This document shows, one piece after another, positions 24,846 to 33,400 of a stretch of DNA of 36,201 nt. The number at the start of each line of letters is the position of its first letter. Position 1 is the first letter of the stretch. The stretch is from positions 1 through 36,201 of the forward strand of contig CAZGYL010000001.1 of NCBI GenBank assembly GCA_964529985.1. Reading direction: 5' to 3'. Both the position numbers and the translations under genes were made by a program. Under the pieces are notes generated by a model. The model was not told where the DNA came from and did no database searches. It worked only from the letters and a program-made list of their open reading frames with translations. This stretch comes from an uncultured Planctomycetia bacterium. Lineage in GTDB: Bacteria > Planctomycetota > UBA8108 > UBA8890 > UBA8898.

Positions 24846-25649
24846 GTGGAGCTTTTTGACGTCCACGCACACACAAATCTTTCGTATTGCGCTACGGAGG
24901 ATCTGACCCCGGAGGTCTACAGGAGCGCTCTTGACGATCCAAACGGCATCCTGGGGCGCCAGGCGCTTACCAACCATGGTTTTCAAGCCTACTTCCCTCC
25001 CGATTTGGCCTGGTCATGGAGGTGGTTGGATAAGCCCGAGCTTTTCGACCGTTACAGGGAAAGAGGTGATGAGCGCCTGCTCGGCTTCCGCAGTCAAGTG
25101 GAGGCTATGAAGGATGACCGGCTTCTTTTCGGAGTCGAGGTCGAGCTTATGGCCGACGGCAGGCTGACTTGCTCGGACGTAGTTTTTCGGCAGGCCGATA
25201 TTCTGATCGGCTCTCTGCATATGATGCCCGAGGCGTATCAAAGCGGCATGAGCCCTACGGAGCTTATTGATGCTTACCTGCTCTATACACGCGACCTGTG
25301 CGCTTCCGGCGTCGATGTCCTCGGCCACCCTTTCAGATGGCTGCTTGAAACATTGGGATTTGTGTCCCCCGCATTGATAACGGAGGTTGTTTCAATCTGT
25401 GCTTCGCACGGTGTCGCGGTGGAGCTCAACGTTCGTGCAGGCAGCGCGGGGCTTACCACTTTGATCCGTGAAGCTGTGGGTGCCGGCGTGCCTCTTGCGC
25501 TTGCAACCGATGCGCACAGCCCCGGTGAAGTGGGCCGATTGGAAGGGCACCTTGAAGCCATAAAGAAGGCGGGTTTCGATATCGCAGAGGTTTTGCTTTA
25601 CGAGGGTCGGCCGGCTGAACGGGACAGCGGAGCCGAGCAGCGCAAGTGA
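24846..25649 (+). CDS. PHP-domain metal-dependent phosphoesterase
   Basis: N-terminal FDVHAHTNLSYCA (HxH), then IGSLHMM, VLGHPFRW, VELNV and LATDAHSPGEVG (DxH), in the order expected for PHP / histidinol-phosphatase-like enzymes. GTG start. Confidence 0.75.
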   Translation: MELFDVHAHTNLSYCATEDLTPEVYRSALDDPNGILGRQALTNHGFQAYFPPDLAWSWRWLDKPELFDRYRERGDERLLGFRSQVEAMKDDRLLFGVEVELMADGRLTCSDVVFRQADILIGSLHMMPEAYQSGMSPTELIDAYLLYTRDLCASGVDVLGHPFRWLLETLGFVSPALITEVVSICASHGVAVELNVRAGSAGLTTLIREAVGAGVPLALATDAHSPGEVGRLEGHLEAIKKAGFDIAEVLLYEGRPAERDSGAEQRK

Positions 25650-25682
25650 GCGCCGGCATACGGCCGTCGTGTAGAGGGGGTA

Positions 25683-26807
25683 ATGAGGGTCGCTCTTGTC
25701 CATGACTGGCTTGTTGCGTTGCGGGGCGGCGAAAAAGTGCTCAAGCTGCTTTGCGAGCTGTTCCCTCAGGCACCGGTCTACACCCTGCTATACGTTCCGG
25801 GCAGCGTCGGGCCGCCTGTTGAAAACCGGCCGATCGTTACGACCGCTCTAAGCCGTTTTCCGGGTGTCCGCTGGTATTACAGGAGCCTGCTGCCGCTTTT
25901 CCCTGCACTGGCTCGAAGCATTAAATTGCGGGGATTCGATCTTGTAATCGCTGTGAGTCATTGCGTTGCGCATGGTTTCGCACGCGGGAACTGCAAGCGT
26001 TTTGTTGCATACTATCTGACTCCGATGCGCTATGCATGGATGCCAGAATTGTATCTCAGCGCGCGAAGCGGCTCTTGGGGCAGGTTTGCTCTGCGGTGGG
26101 GAGCGTTTGTATTCCGCGGGTGGGATCGGCGTGCTGCGCGGCGGATCGATCAGGCGCTCTGTGTGTCCGAATCCGTAAGGCGGAGGATCAAGCTTTGGTA
26201 CGGAAGAGATGCACTTGTAGTTTATCCGCCCGTAGATACGGACTTCTACCGCCCGCTGGGGTTGAAACGACAGGATTATTACTTGTGGGTCGGCGCTTTG
26301 GCCCCTTATAAGAGAATCGATTTGACGCTTGAGGCTTTCGCGCGCCTGGGTAAACCTCTGGTGGTTATCGGTGAGGGGCAGGGAATCAGAAGTGCGCAGC
26401 GGTTCGCCCCTCCTAACGTGCGCTTTTTGGGCCGCCTTACGGATCGGGAAGTACTTCAACATTACAATACGTGCAAGGCACTCGTATTCCCGGGAGAGGA
26501 GGATTTCGGTTTGGTCCCTGTTGAGGCGCAAGCCTGCGGCTGCCCGGTGATCGCCTACGGTAGAGGAGGTGCCGCCGAAACCGTGATCGACTTGAAGGAA
26601 GCATCAGAGCCCACCGGAGTTCTTTTCGGAGAGCCGAACGTGGAAGCGCTTTGTGCTGCGGTTCTTCGTTTTGAGCGGGCACGGAAGAGGTTCGATACGG
26701 AAGTCCTAAGGAGAAACGCTTTGCGTTTCAGCACTGAAAACTGCCGTAACGCATTCAAGAGTGCGCTCGGCCTGAGGGACGGCTTCGCTGCTTATAGAAG
26801 CGCTTGA
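25683..26807 (+). CDS. Glycosyltransferase family 4 (GT-B, retaining)
   Basis: [21 protein letters not shown]-terminus. C-terminal E-x7-E region [33 protein letters not shown]. Confidence 0.88.
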   Translation: MRVALVHDWLVALRGGEKVLKLLCELFPQAPVYTLLYVPGSVGPPVENRPIVTTALSRFPGVRWYYRSLLPLFPALARSIKLRGFDLVIAVSHCVAHGFARGNCKRFVAYYLTPMRYAWMPELYLSARSGSWGRFALRWGAFVFRGWDRRAARRIDQALCVSESVRRRIKLWYGRDALVVYPPVDTDFYRPLGLKRQDYYLWVGALAPYKRIDLTLEAFARLGKPLVVIGEGQGIRSAQRFAPPNVRFLGRLTDREVLQHYNTCKALVFPGEEDFGLVPVEAQACGCPVIAYGRGGAAETVIDLKEASEPTGVLFGEPNVEALCAAVLRFERARKRFDTEVLRRNALRFSTENCRNAFKSALGLRDGFAAYRSA

Positions 26808-27900
26808 TGGCCGCTACGACCTCGACCTGCTCCGCTTCTGTAAGCTCGGGGAAAACAGGAAGCGCAAGCGTTTGGCGGGAGGCTTCGAAAGCGTTGGGGA
26901 AATCCTCGATTCTGTAGCCGTACTTCGCGAAGCAGGGCTGCTCGGGCAGGATAAAGGGGTAATAGATTTCAGAGCCGATTCCGTTTCGGCTGAGGAAAAG
27001 CCGCAGCTCATCGCGGTTCGTACAGCGGACGACGAATTGATTATAAGTATGGCGTTCGAAACGCTCTTCGGGAAGGCGTATTTGCTCAGGTACAAGCCCG
27101 GCCTCTTCAAAGAGCGCGCGGTACCTTGCGGCATTGCGCCTGCGGGCTTTTATCCACTCCTCAAGGTGCGGCAGTTTTACCAAGAGCACGGCCGCTTGAA
27201 TAGCATCCAGCCTGAAGTTTCCGCCCACGGTTTCGTACCGGTACTTGGGCCATGCACCGTGATCGCGGAGGATTCGAATCCTTTGCGCAAAGTCGGCGTC
27301 ATCGGTAAGTACCATGCCTCCGTCGCCTATACAGCCGAGGTTTTTCGAAGGGAAGAAGGACAAACAGCCCGCCTTGCCGAATGCACAGGCCTGCTTGCCG
27401 TCGTAGCGTGCTCCAAGTGCTTGCGCCGCATCTTCCACAACCGGTATTCCTCTTGCGCCTGCGACCTGGAGAATCGGCGTCATGTCGGCGCATTGTCCAT
27501 AGAGGTGAACCGGGATAATCGCTTTTGTCTTCTCTGTGAGAGCCGCTTCAAGGCGCGCCGGATCCAACGTGTAGGTTCCGGGGTCTATATCGACGAAGCG
27601 TACCTCAGCGCCAAGGCGCACAATACTGCCTGCCGTGGCAAAGAACGTATACGGTGTTGTAACCACCTCATCCCCCGGTCCGACCCCCAGAGCCATAAGT
27701 GCTGCAAGAAGGGCATCGGTACCTGAAGAAACGCCTACAGCATGCTGTACGCCCACATAGGCGGCAAGCGCTCCCTCAATCGCTTCGACCTTAGGCCCTC
27801 CGACGTAGCGGCCGCTTCGCGCGACTTCCAGGAGAGCCTGTTCTATTTCATAGCCCAACTGCTGGTACTGTCGGGTCAGATCCAAAAGCGGTACTGGCAT
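26755..27900 (-). CDS. DegT/DnrJ/EryC1/StrS-family PLP-dependent sugar aminotransferase
   Basis: ORF 26755..28116 trimmed to ATG 27900, which has AAGGAGG upstream. [41 protein letters not shown]-lysine region [19 protein letters not shown]. Confidence 0.9.
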   Translation of the reverse strand: MPVPLLDLTRQYQQLGYEIEQALLEVARSGRYVGGPKVEAIEGALAAYVGVQHAVGVSSGTDALLAALMALGVGPGDEVVTTPYTFFATAGSIVRLGAEVRFVDIDPGTYTLDPARLEAALTEKTKAIIPVHLYGQCADMTPILQVAGARGIPVVEDAAQALGARYDGKQACAFGKAGCLSFFPSKNLGCIGDGGMVLTDDADFAQRIRILRDHGAWPKYRYETVGGNFRLDAIQAAVLLVKLPHLEEWIKARRRNAARYRALFEEAGLVPEQIRLPEERFERHTYNQFVVRCTNRDELRLFLSRNGIGSEIYYPFILPEQPCFAKYGYRIEDFPNAFEASRQTLALPVFPELTEAEQVEVVAAIKRFYKQRSRPSGRAHS

Positions 27901-28078
27901 GGAGATCAGCCTCCTTAGAGGGGCCAAGGACACGGCCGGATTGTATGCGCCGGGCGCGGGACGGTCAACCGCAGCGCGTAAGAGCATCTTTCGTCGGCGG
28001 CCTCTTGTAGGTATAGTCAACCCGGTCGTACCGGGACGGAAATGGTGAGGTCCTTTTCCCCTTGCAAGGAGGAGGGAA

Positions 28079-29488
28079 GTGCTTCGGCGTCCAAGCACGC
28101 TCTTTTTTGCGGTCACCGCTCTTTTGGATACCGCCGGGGCGGCCGGAGCATGGCTTGCGGCCAGCTGGCTTGCCGGCGGGCCTTTTGCAGGTTGGTTCGG
28201 CCCTGTTTCAAAGTCGGATATGATCCTTATGCTTCCGGTTGCGGTCGCCTGCGGCCTGATCGCGCTGAGTGCGGTAGGGCTCTACAGGCCGGCGCGCACC
28301 CGCTACCTCATGCGTGAGTGCATGCGGGCTACGAAAGCGGCGTTGCTTTCGTGGATTGCACTTCTTGCCGTGCTTCTTCTTTCGGGCAAGACGGCATACC
28401 GCCGGGAGTTTCTGCTACTTTATTGGGTTTGCGGTACTTTGTTTTTGGTTGGGGATCGTTTCCTGTTGCACAGGATTCTGCGTGCGTTTGCAAGGCGCGG
28501 AATCGGTCTGCGGCGCGCTGCGATCGTAGGTGTGGGAGAGCTGGGGCATCAGACTCTGGCGCGGCTTCGCTCAAACCCGTGGGTGGGTCTCAAGGTGGAG
28601 TACTTCATTGACGCGGATCCTGCCCAGGCGGAGTGGAACGAAGGTGAAACTTTCCACGGAGTCCCCGTTGCGTATCGGGGGGAGGACTTCCTGCCGGTAT
28701 TGGAACGCAACCCTGTTGATGCCGTGCTTGTTGCGGTACCGGCTCACCGTTCCGAAAGGTTGAACGCCGTTCTGCGCTCCCTTTCACGGCTGCCTGTTTC
28801 GGTTGCGGTCATGCCTGATTTCACGGGAGCTTTGCGCATAAGCGCAAGTGTGGGCGAATTCGAAGGTCTTCCGATCGTCGAGCTATGGGATACCCCTATT
28901 TACGGGTGGTATGCCGTTGCAAAACGCGTGATAGATATAGCGGTGTCGGCGGCCTGTTTGATTCTTTTCGGCTGGCTCATGCTGCTGCTCGCCATTCTGG
29001 TAAAACTCACAAGCCCCGGGCCCGTCCTTTTCAAGCAGGAGCGCATGGGGCTCGGGGGCAAGCCCTTCACCATACTTAAGTTCAGGACTATGCGGGTTGC
29101 AAGCGACGAAGAGAGTGATACGCGCTGGACGACTCCACAGGACGAGAGGATAACACCTGTAGGCCGGTTCATGCGCAGATTCAGCCTGGATGAGCTTCCC
29201 CAGTTTTTCAACGTACTCAAAGGCGATATGAGTCTGGTCGGGCCTCGTCCCGAGCGGCCGTACTTCGTGAAGCGATTCACCGAAGAGCTCCCGGCGTACA
29301 TGCTCCGCCACAGCGTGAAAGCGGGTATGACGGGTTGGGCCCAGATCAACGGCCTGCGGGGCGATACCTCCATTGAGGAAAGGCTCCAGTATGACCTGTA
29401 CTACATAAACAACTGGTCTCTGCAGTTCGATCTCTTCATTCTCTTGGTGACTCCTTTCGCCGGACTACTCGCCCGTAATGCGTACTGA
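28079..29488 (+). CDS. Polyprenyl-phosphate sugar phosphotransferase (WbaP/WcaJ-type initiating enzyme)
   Basis: N-terminal TM bundle. Rossmann-like [32 protein letters not shown]. Bacterial sugar-transferase domain [58 protein letters not shown]...[35 protein letters not shown] lies upstream of GTG 28079. Confidence 0.92.
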   Translation: MLRRPSTLFFAVTALLDTAGAAGAWLAASWLAGGPFAGWFGPVSKSDMILMLPVAVACGLIALSAVGLYRPARTRYLMRECMRATKAALLSWIALLAVLLLSGKTAYRREFLLLYWVCGTLFLVGDRFLLHRILRAFARRGIGLRRAAIVGVGELGHQTLARLRSNPWVGLKVEYFIDADPAQAEWNEGETFHGVPVAYRGEDFLPVLERNPVDAVLVAVPAHRSERLNAVLRSLSRLPVSVAVMPDFTGALRISASVGEFEGLPIVELWDTPIYGWYAVAKRVIDIAVSAACLILFGWLMLLLAILVKLTSPGPVLFKQERMGLGGKPFTILKFRTMRVASDEESDTRWTTPQDERITPVGRFMRRFSLDELPQFFNVLKGDMSLVGPRPERPYFVKRFTEELPAYMLRHSVKAGMTGWAQINGLRGDTSIEERLQYDLYYINNWSLQFDLFILLVTPFAGLLARNAY

Positions 29489-30959
29489 GGTCCTGAAGCT
29501 AGTGCTTAAGCGGATCGGCGCGCCTGGAGCGGCCGTACTGCTCGCTGCAGCGATCCAATCGGTTGTGATCCTTAGATCGCCCGCTATAGGGAGGGACGGC
29601 ATTACGTTCATAAACATAGCCCGGAAACTGCCGCAGGATTTTTGGGGAACATTGACCGGAGCCGATCAGCATCCCGGCTATCCGATTCTCATCCTTGCGT
29701 CGGTTCGCATTGTGCAGACTCTTGGACTTAGCGACTCTGTTGATCTGTGGATACACGGGGCTTTGATTCCGCCTTTTCTCTTCGGACTTCTGACGGTGAT
29801 ACTTGTTTACCTCTTGGCGAAGCGCGCCTTCGACGAGGCGACGGCCGCTTCCGTAGCTTTCGTTTTTGCTGTTTTCCCGCTTTTCAGGTGGAGCGCCGCT
29901 GATGCAATGAGCGATACCCCGCACTTGTTTTTCTACCTCGCAGGGGCTCTTTTCTTATCCGAGGCGGTGGAAAGCTTCCGCTTGAAAGCATTTATGCTTT
30001 GCGTTCTTCTTAGTGGTTTTGCATACCTGATACGCCCGGAAGGGCTTGCAGTGGCGGTTGCAGCAGGCGGCTTTCTTCTTGCCGGCTTACGGAAGAAGGA
30101 GACCTCAAAACGCGCCCTTTTGTATCTGGGGGGCATGGGCGCCTGCGCGGCCCTGGTCCTCGTCCCTTACGTGCTTGCAAAAGGGAGCCTTACCGCCAAG
30201 AAGAACATCTTTGATTTCTTCGGAAGGATCGTGGAGACGATTTCCTCTGATCCTCGAGGTGCGCTTGAGCGGACCTTTTGGGCTCTCAACGACATCGGAG
30301 ACATCTTTGTTGAAGACGGCATGAGGTATATCCTTTTCCTTCCCTTTCTCCTCGGTTGCTTCGCGGGAGGAATCCCTCGGGCTGCAGGAAGTCTGCGGGC
30401 CGTCGCTCTTGTTCTTTGCTCCATTCACGTTTTTTTGCTTTTTGCTCTTTTCTGGATCGCAGGCTATACAAGTTCACGCCATGCAATGGAGCTTGCCGCG
30501 TTCGCCATGCTGTGGGTCGGGCGCGGCGGCGGAGTTATCGCCCGGCGGCTTTCCCGAAGCTTTTCGGGGTATGGAATCAGGTTCTCAAGCCGCGCGTGGC
30601 TTTTTCTTCTTACAGCCTTTGTCGTTGTGGGGTTCCTCCCCAAGAGCTTAAGGGGCCTGCATCCCCAGAAAGCCCCCATAGTCGAAGCCGCCCGGTATGT
30701 CGGCTCGATCACCGAGGCGGATGACCTGGTGTGGAGCAATTCACCGTATCTGCCCTTCTATGCTGAGAGGAAGGGGGTGGTTGCAGAGGAAGAGGCGCGG
30801 TTCGATGCCTCGGCTCTCGGGCGCTTCGCCTGCTTGGTTTTTGAGATAAAGACCTACGGCCCCGAGCGGTGGCTCAGCCTCTTTAGAGAGGCCGGCTACC
30901 GGGAGGTGCCAGTACCGGGAGTCGAACCGGGCAAAGTGAGGCTTTTCCTCAAGCGTTGA
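29478..30959 (+). CDS. GT-C fold membrane glycosyltransferase (ArnT/PMT, GT39/GT83-like)
   Basis: 493 aa with about 11 TM helices. N-terminal loop GRDGITFINIARKL...HPGYPILI resembles PMT_2-type enzymes. A C-terminal soluble domain is present. ATG 29478 overlaps the upstream stop by 11 nt. Confidence 0.55.
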   Translation: MRTEVLKLVLKRIGAPGAAVLLAAAIQSVVILRSPAIGRDGITFINIARKLPQDFWGTLTGADQHPGYPILILASVRIVQTLGLSDSVDLWIHGALIPPFLFGLLTVILVYLLAKRAFDEATAASVAFVFAVFPLFRWSAADAMSDTPHLFFYLAGALFLSEAVESFRLKAFMLCVLLSGFAYLIRPEGLAVAVAAGGFLLAGLRKKETSKRALLYLGGMGACAALVLVPYVLAKGSLTAKKNIFDFFGRIVETISSDPRGALERTFWALNDIGDIFVEDGMRYILFLPFLLGCFAGGIPRAAGSLRAVALVLCSIHVFLLFALFWIAGYTSSRHAMELAAFAMLWVGRGGGVIARRLSRSFSGYGIRFSSRAWLFLLTAFVVVGFLPKSLRGLHPQKAPIVEAARYVGSITEADDLVWSNSPYLPFYAERKGVVAEEEARFDASALGRFACLVFEIKTYGPERWLSLFREAGYREVPVPGVEPGKVRLFLKR

Positions 30960-30978
30960 AGAATCCGATTTCTTCTTT

Positions 30979-31007
30979 TTGAAATTCTCCCCCCCGTGGC
31001 TTACTAT
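30979..31007 (+). promoter_or_regulatory. Sigma-70-type promoter candidate TTGAAA-N17-TACTAT
   Basis: ttgaaa (30979-30984), a 17-nt spacer, then tactat (31002-31007). The site is about 40 nt upstream of GTG 31049. Confidence 0.4.
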
Positions 31008-31048
31008 ACCGGCGGTGCAAGGGACGGCTTGCCGGGAGTTGAAGAGAC

Positions 31049-32674
31049 GTGAAGAGAAAAATGGATTGGCGGACGAAGATCAAAACGCGCCAGGAGCTTG
31101 CCCGCATTGTGGCTGAGCAGCGGGCGCGGGGTAAAAAAATCGTCCTTTGCCACGGGTGTTTCGATATCCTTCACCCTGGCCACGTACGGCACCTCGCCTG
31201 GGCCAAACAGCAGGGTGACGTCCTGGTTGTGACGGTCAGCTCCGATGCCGTGGTCCAGAAAGGGCCGGGCTGGCCTTTCGTTCCTCAGGAACTTCGAGCT
31301 GAAAACCTTGCGGCGATCGAGTTCGTTGACTACGTCGCTGTTGACGACGGCCAGTGGGCGGGGCCGATCCTCGAGCTTTTGAAGCCCGATGTCTACGTGA
31401 AGGGCAAGGAGTTCGAACACGTTTACACGGGCAGAATCGGCAGGGAGCGGGCGCTTGTCCAATCGTACGGCGGCCGTGTCCTTTTCAGCTCAGGCGACGT
31501 GGTCTACTCCTCAACAGCCATTTACCGCAAGGAGCGGCTGGAGTTGGGACTGCCGGATGAAAGGTTGAGGCGCTTCAGGCAACGCAACGGCGTCCTCCTG
31601 CAGGATCTGGAGAAGTTGCTTGAAGCAGGAGATTCCGGCCGCGTGGTCGTGGTGGGCGATATACCGGTTCTCCGCGAGGTAAGGTGCGCTGCTACAGGCG
31701 GTAGGTCCTCCGCACCTTTCAAGACGGCTGAAAGAAGATGCCGGCCTTCCGGGACCTGGGAGGTGGCTTCGGCTCTGCAACGGCTTGGGGCCGCCGTTAC
31801 CCTTTTGGGGGTTGTGGGAGAGGACCGTGCAGCAGACTACTTGGCCGACCAAGCCGGAAAGACCGAAATGGAGGTGCGGCTCCTCAGAGATCCCACGCGG
31901 CCTACAGCTTGTATTGAGAGATTCGTTCAGGGACGGGCGGTGCTTTTTGAAACACACGAGTACGAAGGCCACCCGCCCGAGCCTGGCGTCGAGGAGCGGC
32001 TTGTTGATCTCCTGGATCGGTTTGTGCCGGGAAGTGCGGCGGTTGTTGTGGTTGACTATGGAGCCGGTACGATCGGTGAGAGCATTGTGGCTGAAGTGAG
32101 AATGCGAAGCAGGTTTTCGGAAGCCGCAAGCCTGGGTTTTACCGATCCTTTCGACGGGTTTCCCGATCTCACCCGACTTGAAGGCCTGGAGATCGTTCTG
32201 GCGGACGAAGCGGTACTCCGGTTGAGTCTATGCGACGGTACCAGCGGCGTTGCTGAAATCGCGGCGCGGGCTGTGCGCGCTGTCAGGTGCCGCCACTTGG
32301 CGATCTGCCTTCCCGACGGAGGGGTGCTCCTGCTTCGGCCGCCGAGGCGTCCCGAGAAGCACCCCGCCGAGTCGGACTACGAATTGCGCACTTCAACCCC
32401 CACCGATTACCTTCCTTGCTACGGGCCGCACACTGAAGAGCCTCCGGTAACCGCAGCCGCACTTCTGGGGCCGCTGGCCTTCGGACTGAGCCGAGGGGGC
32501 TCTTTCATGGCTTCGGCGTATACAGCTGTAGCTGCGTGCTGTGTTGCAGCCTCCACCCACTTGAAGGGAGAGAAACTCAGAGAGGCGGTCTTGGATTACC
32601 TGATAAGCTATTCTCTGCTTCCGGACGAACAAGCCGAGGTGCGTCCGGGTCGGGTCGCTGTGGAGGAACTCTGA
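31049..32674 (+). CDS. HldE/RfaE-like fusion in reversed domain order: N-terminal nucleotidyltransferase, C-terminal degenerate PfkB-type kinase-like domain
   Basis: The N-terminus GKKIVLCHGCFDILHPGHVRHLAWAKQQGDVLVVTVSSD carries the GxFDxxHxGH cytidylyl/adenylyltransferase motif. The C-terminus VVVVGDIPVLREV...ALQRLGAAVTLLGVVGEDRAADYL is co-linear with the RfaE kinase domain. The position expected to hold the DVTGAGD motif reads HTEEPPV. ATG 31061 is an alternative start. Confidence 0.7.
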   Translation: MKRKMDWRTKIKTRQELARIVAEQRARGKKIVLCHGCFDILHPGHVRHLAWAKQQGDVLVVTVSSDAVVQKGPGWPFVPQELRAENLAAIEFVDYVAVDDGQWAGPILELLKPDVYVKGKEFEHVYTGRIGRERALVQSYGGRVLFSSGDVVYSSTAIYRKERLELGLPDERLRRFRQRNGVLLQDLEKLLEAGDSGRVVVVGDIPVLREVRCAATGGRSSAPFKTAERRCRPSGTWEVASALQRLGAAVTLLGVVGEDRAADYLADQAGKTEMEVRLLRDPTRPTACIERFVQGRAVLFETHEYEGHPPEPGVEERLVDLLDRFVPGSAAVVVVDYGAGTIGESIVAEVRMRSRFSEAASLGFTDPFDGFPDLTRLEGLEIVLADEAVLRLSLCDGTSGVAEIAARAVRAVRCRHLAICLPDGGVLLLRPPRRPEKHPAESDYELRTSTPTDYLPCYGPHTEEPPVTAAALLGPLAFGLSRGGSFMASAYTAVAACCVAASTHLKGEKLREAVLDYLISYSLLPDEQAEVRPGRVAVEEL

Positions 32675-32689
32675 GGTGCGCCGCACTGA

Positions 32690-33394
32690 TCAGCCCTCAG
32701 CGACAAGGACCGGAGTGAAATCCACGGCGTCCGCACTTACAAAATAAAATCTCGTACCCGATCGGCTGCCCCTTACAACTTGGGCGGGCGAAACGTTATG
32801 GAGGTGTCCGTAAACCACAGCTTCAGGCTCGTACTTTTTGAGAATTTCGGTGAACGGTGTTTCCGGCCGCTCGGGATAACACGGCGGGAAATGAAGGAGC
32901 GCGATAATGCGTCCGCCTGACTCTCCGGCGGCTCTAAGGGATCGTTCAAGCCGCTCGGCTTCACGCCTGCAAAGCCGATCCCTTTCCGCATTTTCCTCTT
33001 CGCTTGCTTGAGGGTCCGGAAGCTCCCAGCCTCGTGTGCCGGCGAAAACAAAGGGCGGTACGGAAAATGCATCGTTGTGAATGAAAACCAGGCTCGGCGG
33101 GGCGTTGGCATACAGCTTGCGCTTGGTTTCCCACCAATAATCATGGTTTCCCCGCACCAGGATCTTGTATCTGCCGGGAAGGGAGGCTATGAAGGAAAGA
33201 TCTTCCAAAGCATGTTTCAAGCGCATAGCCCAGGAAACATCCCCCGGAATAAGCACGATGTCCTCATCGGCGACGTTCGAGCGCCAGTTCCGGGCTATTC
33301 TCTCTGCGTGGTTCTCCCAGTGAACGCCGAATTTTTCCATGGTTTTCCCGGCATCGCCCGGTAAGTGAAGATCACTGAGTGCCCAAACACGCAT
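32690..33394 (-). CDS. Calcineurin-like metallophosphoesterase (small, about 234 aa)
   Basis: MRVWALSDLHLP (DxH), LIPGDVSW (GD), VRGNHDYWW (GNHD), LLHFPP, VYGHLHN (GHxH). The ATG is 6 nt after the stop of the upstream 912-aa ORF. Confidence 0.85.
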   Translation of the reverse strand: MRVWALSDLHLPGDAGKTMEKFGVHWENHAERIARNWRSNVADEDIVLIPGDVSWAMRLKHALEDLSFIASLPGRYKILVRGNHDYWWETKRKLYANAPPSLVFIHNDAFSVPPFVFAGTRGWELPDPQASEEENAERDRLCRREAERLERSLRAAGESGGRIIALLHFPPCYPERPETPFTEILKKYEPEAVVYGHLHNVSPAQVVRGSRSGTRFYFVSADAVDFTPVLVAEG

Positions 33395-33400
33395 CTGTCG

